Positions 18,285 to 27,181 of a stretch of DNA of 56,311 nucleotides are shown here, in pieces. This stretch comes from Oligoflexia bacterium (GTDB lineage: Bacteria; Bdellovibrionota; Bacteriovoracia; Bacteriovoracales; Bacteriovoracaceae). Made by a program: the position numbers and the translations under genes. The stretch's first letter is position 1; each line of letters starts with the position of its first letter. The stretch spans positions 1-56,311 of the forward strand of contig JADGBS010000003.1 of the NCBI GenBank assembly GCA_015231325.1, read 5' to 3'. The notes beneath the pieces were generated by a model, which was not told the origin of the DNA, searched no databases, and saw nothing but the letters and a program-made list of their open reading frames with translations.

Positions 18285-18867
18285 GAACGATCCTGAAATT
18301 ATTTAGTAGCCCAGTTTTGACAAGCTTATTGCATAAAAATATGGTCACGTACCCAGCTAAAAACATAGATGAAACAATAAAGGAAAAAAGTTGTATACAA
18401 TTAAATTTTTCGGTCAATAAAGAATAATGGTAATAAAAATAATCTAAAGAGTAACTAGCAATAGCAGAGGCAGATACTGCTAAAAACAATTCAAAGTAGT
18501 TCCAGCGACGATACAAAAAACAGGCAAAAACCAACTCCGCTGCCATTCCCTGAACCGCACCCCAAGCTCCGGCCATAATCCCCCAATTACTAACTAATCC
18601 CTCTACTAAAGACGCAACTACCGATGAAAAAAATGCCACTCCTGGCCTTCTAATAATATAGATTGGCAAAACAGAAGGAAGAATCCAAAAACCGGTCAAC
18701 AGATATTTGAGGCCTATTCCCTTCAACAGCGGTTTAAACAATTCATAAAACAAACTCCAACCCCAAAAGGCCACACCCAACGCCACTGACAGAACAGCTG
18801 CCAACGTCAATTCAAAAATGGTAATATGGAATAACTGTCCCCTACTACTAACATTTCCTAGATTCAT
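18262..18867 (-). CDS. ECF transporter substrate-capture (S) component, YkoE-like
   Basis: About 200-aa protein with six predicted TM helices (FWGWSLFYELFKPLLKGIGLKYLLTGFWILPSV...). First gene of an S-A-T operon. ATG 18867 has GAGG 7 nt upstream. Confidence 0.65.
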   Translation of the reverse strand: MNLGNVSSRGQLFHITIFELTLAAVLSVALGVAFWGWSLFYELFKPLLKGIGLKYLLTGFWILPSVLPIYIIRRPGVAFFSSVVASLVEGLVSNWGIMAGAWGAVQGMAAELVFACFLYRRWNYFELFLAVSASAIASYSLDYFYYHYSLLTEKFNCIQLFSFIVSSMFLAGYVTIFLCNKLVKTGLLNNFRIVRDRKMFW

Positions 18868-19100
18868 CTTCAAACCTCAATAGTCCCCAATAGTACCTAA
18901 TTCAGTGTCTCAAAGTGGTCAACACCAAAGCGACGGCCGACAACAAGTTAAAAGAACTAGACACAGTTCACAAATTCATTATACTTAAAAAGTGCATCTA
19001 GAAAAAGCGTTGTATAGCGTTGTATCGAGATAAGCTGCCGCATCATAGCATGACATAACACAGTTTTTTCATTTTTTATTCAAAAATATGGAGATAAGCA

Positions 19101-20537
19101 ATGACTCACCAATCACTTCAATTATACAATACGTTAAATAGAAAGATCGAACCGTTCACACCGCTTAATCCAAACTCCAACGTTATAAAAATGTATACCT
19201 GTGGGCCAACAGTTTACAATTTTGCCCATATTGGCAATCTTAGAACCTATATTAATGAGGATACTTTACGACGCTGTTTAGAATTCAACCAATTCCAAGT
19301 TCAGCATGTAATGAACATCACCGATGTTGGTCACTTGACCTCCGATGAAGACAGCGGTGACGACAAAATGGAATTGGGCGCACAACGAGAAGGACTAAGC
19401 ATTTGGGAAATGGCACAGAAATTCACTGATGCTTTCGTTAACGATATAACCGAATTGCATATTCTACCGCCTAAAATTTGGTGTAAGGCAACCGAACATA
19501 TCAACGAACAAATTGAACTGATAAAAAAATTAGAAGCGAAGGGATTAACCTATCCAATTGAAGACGGAATCTACTACGATACCTCTAAATTCCCCACCTA
19601 TGGCAAATTAGGAGGTCAGTCTTTGGATGAACTTAAAGGGGGCGCACGAATAGGAGTCACCCATGGCAAGCGTAATATCACAGACTTTGCCCTTTGGAAG
19701 TTTTCCCCTAGCAATAAAAAACGCCTGATGGAATGGGACAGTCCGTGGGGTAAAGGCTTTCCTGGATGGCATATTGAATGTTCTGCAATGGCACTTAAAT
19801 ATCTTGGAGACGAGATCGACATCCATTGCGGCGGCATTGATCATGTTAAAGTTCATCACACCAATGAAATTGCACAGGTAGAACCTATCACTGGTAAATC
19901 TTGGGTCAGGTTTTGGTTTCATCCCGAATTTTTGATCGAAAAAGATAAAGAAGGGACCGAGGAAAAGATGTCTAAATCTAAGGGAGAATTTTTAACTTTG
20001 TCGCTGCTAAAGAACAAAGGGTATCACCCATTAGATTATCGTTACTACGCACTTAATTCCCACTATCGTAGTAAATTAAATTTTTCTTATGCCGCATTAG
20101 ATGGCGCGAAACAGGGTCGTCACAACCTAATTAAATTAATCACCGAGCTTCCACTCACAGAGTTAGGACAACAACCGACCGAAAAAAGTACCCTTTTAAA
20201 TATAATTAATAAAGACCTAAACACCCCAGAATTGCTCGCATATCTTTGGAGTACACTGAAAAATCTTCGCCTATCACCATCACAAAAATGCGCTATGCTT
20301 CCAGATATCGACGCACTGACTGGGCTCAATTTGATTGAAAGCGCCAAAGAATTTGCTGAACAAAAATTATCGCTAGAACAAAATATTCCCGCTGAAATTT
20401 TGCAGTTGGCAGAAGATCGGCTACTAGCAAAAAAGAATCGGGAATTTCAAAAGGCCGATCAATTACGAGAAGAAGTGAAAACTAAAGGGTACAAAATCAT
20501 CGACGAAAAAGATAAATATAAAATTGAAAAATTGTAG
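19101..20537 (+). CDS. cysS: Cysteinyl-tRNA synthetase
   Basis: 478 aa with class I motifs HIGN (YTCGPTVYNFAHIGNLRTY) and KMSKS (EKMSKSKGEF). Confidence 0.95.
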   Translation: MTHQSLQLYNTLNRKIEPFTPLNPNSNVIKMYTCGPTVYNFAHIGNLRTYINEDTLRRCLEFNQFQVQHVMNITDVGHLTSDEDSGDDKMELGAQREGLSIWEMAQKFTDAFVNDITELHILPPKIWCKATEHINEQIELIKKLEAKGLTYPIEDGIYYDTSKFPTYGKLGGQSLDELKGGARIGVTHGKRNITDFALWKFSPSNKKRLMEWDSPWGKGFPGWHIECSAMALKYLGDEIDIHCGGIDHVKVHHTNEIAQVEPITGKSWVRFWFHPEFLIEKDKEGTEEKMSKSKGEFLTLSLLKNKGYHPLDYRYYALNSHYRSKLNFSYAALDGAKQGRHNLIKLITELPLTELGQQPTEKSTLLNIINKDLNTPELLAYLWSTLKNLRLSPSQKCAMLPDIDALTGLNLIESAKEFAEQKLSLEQNIPAEILQLAEDRLLAKKNREFQKADQLREEVKTKGYKIIDEKDKYKIEKL

Positions 20538-20544
20538 AATCTAT

Positions 20545-21534
20545 ATGACATACGACATTGTATTTGATCTAGATGAAACTTTGCTTGGTTATGTGACGGA
20601 TGGAACATTCATTAAAGGTGACCCCAGATATATCGAATTTGTTATCGACGGACCGATATATTATGCCAATAAAGAATTTACAAATTTACATATCCAGCAT
20701 TTCGTAATGCCTGGAGCGATCGAAATTCTGAGTGTGCTAAACCAAATACCAGAGGTTCGCATCTCTTTTTGTAGCTCTGGGCACAGAGAAAGAAATATTC
20801 GGGTTTTGGAAAAAATTAAAGTTTTAGACAAAATCAATAAAAATAAAAAACTAGTTTCTCTCTCTGACATTGCCTACAAAATTCTTTCTAATCAGGATTT
20901 GCTCGACGTTACACGTACACTAGGTTCCGATCAAGAAGCAAACAAATTTGGACCAAATGCCAACTACGTGCTACTGAAAAAAAATCTGCTACTTATTGAC
21001 AGCAGTGATATCAAAAACTGTATATTAGTTGATGATAATCCCAGTTACATTTTACAAGGTCAGGAAGAAAATTTTTTTAAAACACAAGGAATAGACAATG
21101 TCTATTATCCAGAAATCATAGCGGCGGTACCATTATATATCGCTAAAGACATATTACGTACTAAGAATAATTTAATCATAGTACTTGGAATGATTATTGA
21201 GGGTATCCGCCTTACAAAAATAAATCCAACGCTCTCCCTTTCAAAATTCATATATGAAATTCAACAAAATAACCTATACGCTGACTATGATCATCCATGC
21301 AAATATCATTCACACTTTTATACTGTTGGTTTATCAAAAATAAATTTATTATTTCCTGCTTTCAATGCTTATTACTATTTGAGTGATTCTGAAGAAATTC
21401 GTCCATTACCATCGAATTCTCCATTAAAAAAACAATCATATTGGGATTTGCTCTCTACAGAAGAAAAAAAAGCTGCAAACCAACGATGGGCACAAATTAA
21501 TCGGCAATTTGCTATTGTCGAAAAAGAAAAATAA
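20545..21534 (+). CDS. HAD-superfamily phosphatase of the FCP1/SCP (NLI-interacting factor, CTD-phosphatase-like) type
   Basis: Begins MTYDIVFDLDETLLGYV (DxDxT nucleophile motif in the DLDETL form). Later CILVDDNPSYILQGQEENFF parallels the SCP1 motif ILDNSPASY..HPDNA. ATG 20545 lies just after the cysS stop. Confidence 0.55.
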   Translation: MTYDIVFDLDETLLGYVTDGTFIKGDPRYIEFVIDGPIYYANKEFTNLHIQHFVMPGAIEILSVLNQIPEVRISFCSSGHRERNIRVLEKIKVLDKINKNKKLVSLSDIAYKILSNQDLLDVTRTLGSDQEANKFGPNANYVLLKKNLLLIDSSDIKNCILVDDNPSYILQGQEENFFKTQGIDNVYYPEIIAAVPLYIAKDILRTKNNLIIVLGMIIEGIRLTKINPTLSLSKFIYEIQQNNLYADYDHPCKYHSHFYTVGLSKINLLFPAFNAYYYLSDSEEIRPLPSNSPLKKQSYWDLLSTEEKKAANQRWAQINRQFAIVEKEK

Positions 21535-21717
21535 GTAAAAATTACAGATAATGAATCATAGTAACTACTATGATTGAAAATTGGCACCAAGATAACAAAA
21601 ACGACTTGCTTAACTGTTGGCCCATGGTAAAAAGTGATTCTATATTGACAATGCCTAATAGTTCCAGGCATTGGACCTCATACCGAAATTTTTTTACTTT
21701 TCAAAGGAGAATAAATT

Positions 21718-22089
21718 ATGTTTTTCAAAAAATTAACCTTCTGTTGTCTGCTATTTGTGAGCACTGCCTCTGTCGCTTTGGCACAAAGCGCCGTTTTTGA
21801 TGAAGAAACGCATGAGATCAAAGTAAAACTTGGAGAGAAATTTTCTATTTCAAGAATAACTAATGCTTCGGTTGGAACTAGCTGTAAAATAGGCTTTGAC
21901 CACAGGATGCTAAATCTCGACTCTCAATCATCAAGATATTTGGGACAAAGAGGAATGACTGGGGCAGGCACTGAGAATTTATGGAATTTTTCGGCCATAA
22001 ATACTGGTAAAACCACCGTCACTTTTGTTCATTCCTATCGCGGCACTTACGATTATAGCGATAGCGTCGCAGTAGAAATTTCCGATTAA
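21718..22089 (+). CDS. Secreted chagasin-like (I42 family) cysteine-peptidase inhibitor candidate
   Basis: 123 aa with a signal peptide (MFFKKLTFCCLLFVSTASVALAQS) and RBS AAAGGAGA. The layout NASVGTSCK...MTGAGTENLWNFSAINTGKTTVTFVHSYRG parallels the I42 motifs NPTTGY.W / G.GG..F.F.A...G...L.F.Y.RPW, but it is divergent. Confidence 0.45.
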   Translation: MFFKKLTFCCLLFVSTASVALAQSAVFDEETHEIKVKLGEKFSISRITNASVGTSCKIGFDHRMLNLDSQSSRYLGQRGMTGAGTENLWNFSAINTGKTTVTFVHSYRGTYDYSDSVAVEISD

Positions 22090-22132
22090 TAGAAGAGGGG
22101 AAAAATAACCAAGCACTTAAGTGAATAGAGAT

Positions 22133-22900
22133 CTATTTATATTTGCTATGTATCTTTGCATAAGTCCCATCTTGCACCATAGCATCGTAGGCCGTCTGCC
22201 ATTTTTTTACGATGTTTAGATCAGTCTTTTTAGAAAAAACTACATATAATTCCTTCTTCTGTACCTCATAAGCAACCTCAAATTTTGCAATATCAAGACC
22301 GGCCTTCTTAACGTACGAAACGCAATCATCTTGTCCAGTTATCCACAAGTCTATTCTTCCCTTTTCTAATTTTTCAGCGTTTTGATCATCTGAAACAATA
22401 CTCTCAAGATTTTTAAAATCTTGTTTTTTCAAAAATTGATCCTTAGCGTCGTCCTTGTATGTTCCTATGGCCTTAACTTTTTTTGCATCATCTAGACTCT
22501 TGATTACCAAACTTTTATTATCTTTCATTTTCATGAAAACCCAATTTTTTGTGGCCAGTGGTCCTACCCAATAAAACAAATCTTCCCTTTCTGGTGTTCT
22601 TGTTGTGCTGAAAAGGGCAACATCAGTTTCCTCTAGGGCCATCTTATAGCCTCTCGCCCAGGGCACTACTCCTATAGTTTCGATCGAGTTGATTCTTTTT
22701 TGAATCTCCATAACCAGTTCTACAGCAACACCTGCTGGTTTACCATCTTTGACATAGTTTAGAGGGGGAGCATCTTCTGTTAATACTTGCAAGGCCATGG
22801 CCTTCTGGGCCTCACTAATAAAGCTAAGCACGGCCACTAAAAAAACAAAGAAAAAAAACGAAGAAAAAACCCTAGTGATCTTTTGGAATCTAAAATACAT
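22133..22900 (-). CDS. Periplasmic solute-binding protein, family 3 (orphan)
   Basis: 255 aa with a signal peptide. LQVLTEDAPPLNYVKDGKPAGVAVELVMEIQKRI...VPWARGYKMAL...ALFSTTRTPEREDLFYWVGPL is typical of SBP_bac_3. No adjacent permease or ATPase gene. Confidence 0.75.
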   Translation of the reverse strand: MYFRFQKITRVFSSFFFFVFLVAVLSFISEAQKAMALQVLTEDAPPLNYVKDGKPAGVAVELVMEIQKRINSIETIGVVPWARGYKMALEETDVALFSTTRTPEREDLFYWVGPLATKNWVFMKMKDNKSLVIKSLDDAKKVKAIGTYKDDAKDQFLKKQDFKNLESIVSDDQNAEKLEKGRIDLWITGQDDCVSYVKKAGLDIAKFEVAYEVQKKELYVVFSKKTDLNIVKKWQTAYDAMVQDGTYAKIHSKYK

Positions 22901-23100
22901 ATCTCCTCCTTAAACAAATTCGGATGTAACCGTTTCGCTACTCCTACTAATCTAAACTACCAATATTTTTAGGTTATTTTTATTAATATGCATTGTCAAT
23001 CTTTGCTGGGGGACAACGCACACATGACTAATTTCCAAGGAACCCTTCAAACAGCTTCTTGTTCTATATCCTTGTCTCTATAGTTGATTTAGGAAATCTA

Positions 23101-23994
23101 TTATTGGTGATTTGATTCCAAAAATTTAATAACTTTTTGCAAATCCGACCAAACCATTCGCTTCATTTGCGGATTAAGAATTAGGTATTCTAGATTAAAA
23201 ATGGGAAACAACAATGCTTTGTGACTATCAGTAACCACTATCCCTTTTTCATCCATTTCGTATCGAAAATTGCGTTCGAAAAATTGGCCATGGACTAATG
23301 ATAATTTTTCTTCTCGCTCTAATAATGAAGCTAAAGGAATAGGCCCTAGAGTAATAATTAATAACGGTTTTAATAAACAAATTTCTGAGAGCAAATACTT
23401 ACGACACTTTCTCATCATCCCATCTATTCGTAAATCCTCTAATTCATCTACAGGATGACACTTTATCGAAAAGGAGATCGAATAGTCCTCCTCCGACAAA
23501 CCTATTGATACGGCAATTTTTTGTAAAAGTGAATCTTTCTCCTCAGAGAAAAAAATCATTTTTTCTGAGGAACTCTTCAACTGCTGCATCGTTAGATAAG
23601 TGGAAGGAGGATATTCACCAACAAACAATACTTTTATTTTACGAATACTTTTCGCATAATTATGAATCCTTCGTGGCACTGGAAGAACAGCATTGCTATT
23701 TAGAGGAGTATAAGAACACTCTTTGCAACGGCCAATACATTCTAAAAAATTGCTCCATTTTATTTCTACATTTGCGCCAGGAACAGTAGAACCAGTAGTA
23801 TTAGTAGTACTATTAGTACCACTAGCACTACCTTTATCAACATTGACATCAGTACTACATAAATTTAATTTTAACCTCTCCACAGCACTGCGCAGATCAG
23901 CAGTCCTTAAATACCATCCCGCATCTTTAAACAACTCCATTTCAAAACAATTACACCCAGATACTTTATTTTCCATAAATTTATTTTTATTCAA
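23101..23994 (-). CDS. Uracil-DNA glycosylase superfamily protein (family 4-like, divergent catalytic motifs)
   Basis: KVLFVGEYPPSTY occupies the GEAPG position, and FPIFNLEYLILNPQMKRMVWSDLQKV occupies the (Y)HPAYLLRNP..K...W.DL position. The N-terminal extension has Cys pairs (CNC, CIGRCKEC). Confidence 0.55.
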   Translation of the reverse strand: MNKNKFMENKVSGCNCFEMELFKDAGWYLRTADLRSAVERLKLNLCSTDVNVDKGSASGTNSTTNTTGSTVPGANVEIKWSNFLECIGRCKECSYTPLNSNAVLPVPRRIHNYAKSIRKIKVLFVGEYPPSTYLTMQQLKSSSEKMIFFSEEKDSLLQKIAVSIGLSEEDYSISFSIKCHPVDELEDLRIDGMMRKCRKYLLSEICLLKPLLIITLGPIPLASLLEREEKLSLVHGQFFERNFRYEMDEKGIVVTDSHKALLFPIFNLEYLILNPQMKRMVWSDLQKVIKFLESNHQ

Positions 23995-24079
23995 CGATTA
24001 TTTTTCCCATTTGCCCCTATCCTCATATTTTTCAACTTTTTTTAAAGTATTACGCACCTACTCCGAACAGATTATAAAC

Positions 24080-24116
24080 ATTGAACGTCAAATATTGAAT
24101 AGATATTGAACGTCAA
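24080..24116. repeat. Two copies of ATTGAACGTCAA spaced 25 bp start to start, upstream of the zinc-ribbon ORF (possible operator)
   Basis: Read directly: copies at 24080-24091 and 24105-24116. They lie in the divergent intergenic region between the UDG-like gene and the 24153 ORF. Confidence 0.5.
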
Positions 24117-24152
24117 TTGTTTAGGGCAAAAAACAAAACGGAGGTGTCGTTC

Positions 24153-24359
24153 ATGGATGCTGAATATAAATATGAGTGTTATGAAGAATACGTCGGTACG
24201 AAAGAAGAAGTCATCAAAAAAATAGATCTGTGCGCCACCTGTGGTTCACGACTGGTTCTAGGCCATTTGCCAGATTACAAAAATTTGTTGATTCAAGAAA
24301 TCGCTCGTTGTGTAGAATGCGGTCATGTCATAAGAAAGGTAATATACGTTTTAAGCTGA
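24153..24359 (+). CDS. Small zinc-ribbon protein, unknown function
   Basis: 68 aa with GGAGG 8 nt upstream of ATG 24153. Two CxxC pairs (CATCGS...CVECGH). Confidence 0.55.
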   Translation: MDAEYKYECYEEYVGTKEEVIKKIDLCATCGSRLVLGHLPDYKNLLIQEIARCVECGHVIRKVIYVLS

Positions 24360-24387
24360 ACTATTCAGTTTAAGCTGGGCCTTTTAG

Positions 24388-26547
24388 TTATGCTTTACGT
24401 TCTACTTCTTGCGCTATTTTCTGCTCTAATTTTTTCAAAATTTCCCGTAGCAGAGTTTTGTTTAATTTTACCGCCAGCATTTCTCCTAATTTCTGGTCGC
24501 GTAATTCTGGACTCAGTTTCAACACCTCCTCTGCCAATTGGGCAACAGAAACCTGCAAATTCGACAAAATTTTTTGCTTAGTTTTTTCCCCCATCCCTGG
24601 AATATCATCGAACCAAGAATTTAATAAAGACTTTTCTTCCGTATGATGATGTAATCGCCTACAAAAACGGTGCGACTCATTTCTAAGGGCAGACAGCAAT
24701 CCCCAAAGGGCACGTTCTTTGGCCAACAATAACGGATTTTTTCGTTTGGGAAGAAAAAGCATTTCACCCTGATCTTTTTTAAATTTATTGTCGCCGCTAT
24801 CTTTTGCCAAGGCAATTACTGGAATGTGAATATTCTTCTCTTTCAATACTCTTTCTGCGCTTGATCTTTGCCCCTTTCCTCCATCCACAACGATTACCTC
24901 TGGCAATTCTCCACAGTCGTTAATATTTTCCACTCTCCGTGAAATCACCTCTTCCAGCATCCGAAAGTCATTATTCCCCTCTGCCCTAGTTTCCAACTTA
25001 TAATGCCGGTAAAGATCATTTTGCGGTAATCCCCGATAAAAAACCACCTGCGCTGCCGTCGGACTTTCTCCCTGCCAAACGGCGACATCGTAACACTCAA
25101 TACGTAGAGGCAATTCCGGAAGTTTCAATAATTCCTGTAGTCTCTTTAAAGCAATAATACCTCGTTCATCCTCTCGCAATCTGATACGATGTAATTCGAT
25201 GGCCTGTTGTTGTGCTAACTTGAAAAGGACTGAGAACTGTTTTCCCCAAAAATCTCTAATTGAAACCACCGTAATTGAGGTGTCCGCAAGATCAACTGCT
25301 AGGGCAGCACGTAGCGCTTGTAACGAATCATAATCCCTCTCCTCCAACTTTTCCGAGGATTCTACATCCTCTAAGTCAGTCACTATCATGCGTACACTTT
25401 TTTGTTGCGATCTATAGTCTTCCATAAAATGATTAAGGGGTTCGTCAGACTTCGGACTCATCGCCTGCGACGTACGTTTGTGTACGCCTCGGCGCCTCGC
25501 CTCGTCTTCCTGCCCCTTAATCATTTCATGGGAGACTATATTTTCCTGGTAATACTGCCAAATATGATTAATTATTTCTTCTTTTTTCGAATTTAGGCCT
25601 CGTTCACTGCTAAAGAAAAAATTCTTTTGTCCCACCCATAAACCACCTCTCAACATATAAATTACAATGTCGACCTCTTTATCGCTACAGTAGTGAGCAA
25701 TTACATCGATATCTTTATCGATGATCGCACTAAATTTTGAGCGTAAAAACTCTATCTCTCCCTGAATCTTTTCCCGCCCAAATTCTTTTTGCCAACGTTC
25801 AAGCACAAACAAATAATCACGAATAATTGCTGCTTTTTCAAACTTTTCTTCTTCGGCCAAATGAAACATTTGTTCTCGTAATTGCTTAAGCAACAAACGT
25901 CCTTCTCCGCTAAAAAAACGAATTCCCAGTTTTAAATTCTCTTGGTAAGCATCGGTACTTATCCGACCATCACAAGGCGCAGAACATTGTTCTATCTGAG
26001 ACAAAACACACGCCCGCCTTCTTCGCCGAAATTCACTGCTACTACAACCTCGTAACTTCAATGATTTATTTACAATGCGAACAACCCGTACAATATCACT
26101 ACCGGTAACAAAGGGACCAAATAAAGAGTGGCCCACTGCGCCTGCACCTGCAGCTGCAGCTGCGCCTACGCTTCCACCTACACCCCCATGCCGCCTGACA
26201 CAACTCAATCGGGGAAATGGAGAATCATAGTCAACCTCCACGTAGGGATAACTTTTATCATCTCGCAAACGGATGTTATATTTTGGAGAGTGTTTTTTTA
26301 TGAGATTATTTTCTAAGACAAAGGCACTATGTTCGTTGTCGGTGAGAACAAAATCTATGCTCCTCACGTGTTGTAATAATAACGAATTTTTTAAACTTAA
26401 TTTGTCTTTGAAATACGAAAGCACACGCCTGCGTAAATTCTTGGCCTTCCCAACGTATAATACTTTTTTTTGCTCATCTAAAAACAAATAACAGCCGGGA
26501 ACAGAAGGCAACAACTTTACTTCGTTCAAAAGCTCCGATTCTTCCAT
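24388..26547 (-). CDS. uvrC: Excinuclease ABC subunit C
   Basis: GIY-YIG N-terminus (GCYLFLDEQKKVLYVGKAKNLRRRVLSYF), a UVR-like helix, an endonuclease region and a C-terminal HhH region (DDIPGMGEKTKQKIL). Longer than typical UvrC because of low-complexity inserts (GGVGGSVGAAAAAGAGAVG). Confidence 0.9.
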   Translation of the reverse strand: MEESELLNEVKLLPSVPGCYLFLDEQKKVLYVGKAKNLRRRVLSYFKDKLSLKNSLLLQHVRSIDFVLTDNEHSAFVLENNLIKKHSPKYNIRLRDDKSYPYVEVDYDSPFPRLSCVRRHGGVGGSVGAAAAAGAGAVGHSLFGPFVTGSDIVRVVRIVNKSLKLRGCSSSEFRRRRRACVLSQIEQCSAPCDGRISTDAYQENLKLGIRFFSGEGRLLLKQLREQMFHLAEEEKFEKAAIIRDYLFVLERWQKEFGREKIQGEIEFLRSKFSAIIDKDIDVIAHYCSDKEVDIVIYMLRGGLWVGQKNFFFSSERGLNSKKEEIINHIWQYYQENIVSHEMIKGQEDEARRRGVHKRTSQAMSPKSDEPLNHFMEDYRSQQKSVRMIVTDLEDVESSEKLEERDYDSLQALRAALAVDLADTSITVVSIRDFWGKQFSVLFKLAQQQAIELHRIRLREDERGIIALKRLQELLKLPELPLRIECYDVAVWQGESPTAAQVVFYRGLPQNDLYRHYKLETRAEGNNDFRMLEEVISRRVENINDCGELPEVIVVDGGKGQRSSAERVLKEKNIHIPVIALAKDSGDNKFKKDQGEMLFLPKRKNPLLLAKERALWGLLSALRNESHRFCRRLHHHTEEKSLLNSWFDDIPGMGEKTKQKILSNLQVSVAQLAEEVLKLSPELRDQKLGEMLAVKLNKTLLREILKKLEQKIAQEVERKA

Positions 26548-26593
26548 CACAACTCACGTTCACAACTTATATAACTTTATTTATATAACTATA

Positions 26594-27058
26594 TCAGGGT
26601 TTCTTAATTTCAACATCTTCGGACTGATCACTGATATCTGTCATCCTAACCCCATACTTATCACCACTTACAACCACCTCTCCCTTACAAACCAGACGAT
26701 CATTGACATACACTTCCAATGGTTCACCGGCCAATTTATTTAATTCCAATACTGTCCCTTTGGTAAGTGAGAGCAAATCCTTGATAGTTAGCTCGATGTG
26801 TCCTAATTCTGCGCTCAGTTTGAGAGGAATATCCGCAATGAACTGCAGATCTTTTTCCTCCTCTTCATCAGTCTTTTCTCCTTCCACATTTGGAATGCCG
26901 GTCATCGCTGCCGCCATCCCTGCAGTAACGCCACTCCCTGATTTTTGATCACCTCTATCCAGACTACCTTGACCATCCTGCCCAGAGCTTGACGAAACAG
27001 CGCCACCACCACCTCCTCCGCCTCCTACTCCAGAACTCCCTCCTTTTTCTTGCGGCAT
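26594..27058 (-). CDS. fliN: FliN/SpoA-domain protein (flagellar switch FliN or T3SS SctQ-C family)
   Basis: 154 aa with a Gly/Ser-rich N-terminus. The C-terminal SpoA domain reads IPLKLSAELGHIELTIKDLLSLTKGTVLELNKLAGEPLEVYVNDRLVCKGEVVV. Strong RBS (GGAGGAGGA). Confidence 0.7.
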   Translation of the reverse strand: MPQEKGGSSGVGGGGGGGGAVSSSSGQDGQGSLDRGDQKSGSGVTAGMAAAMTGIPNVEGEKTDEEEEKDLQFIADIPLKLSAELGHIELTIKDLLSLTKGTVLELNKLAGEPLEVYVNDRLVCKGEVVVSGDKYGVRMTDISDQSEDVEIKKP

Positions 27059-27181
27059 ATTTTCCTCCTCCGTAGAAAGACCTTATATAAACCTATAAAA
27101 TAATAATAGTAGATTTTTGCCAATATTGGGCAGCTTTTTCTATATTGTTTATTTTCAGCACTACCAAAATGGAGGGGAAAA

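Noticed and set aside
18868-19100. TPP (THI-box) riboswitch upstream of the YkoE-like ECF S component
   Set aside because: The minus-strand leader lacks the conserved CTGAGA...ACCTGATCTGGATAATGCCAGCG core. Only a loose ttgaga is present and I could not build a plausible P1-P5 architecture by eye.
21581-21596. Second sigma-54 promoter (TGGCACcaagaTAAC)
   Set aside because: A -24-like TGGCAC is present, but the -12 TTGC element is missing.
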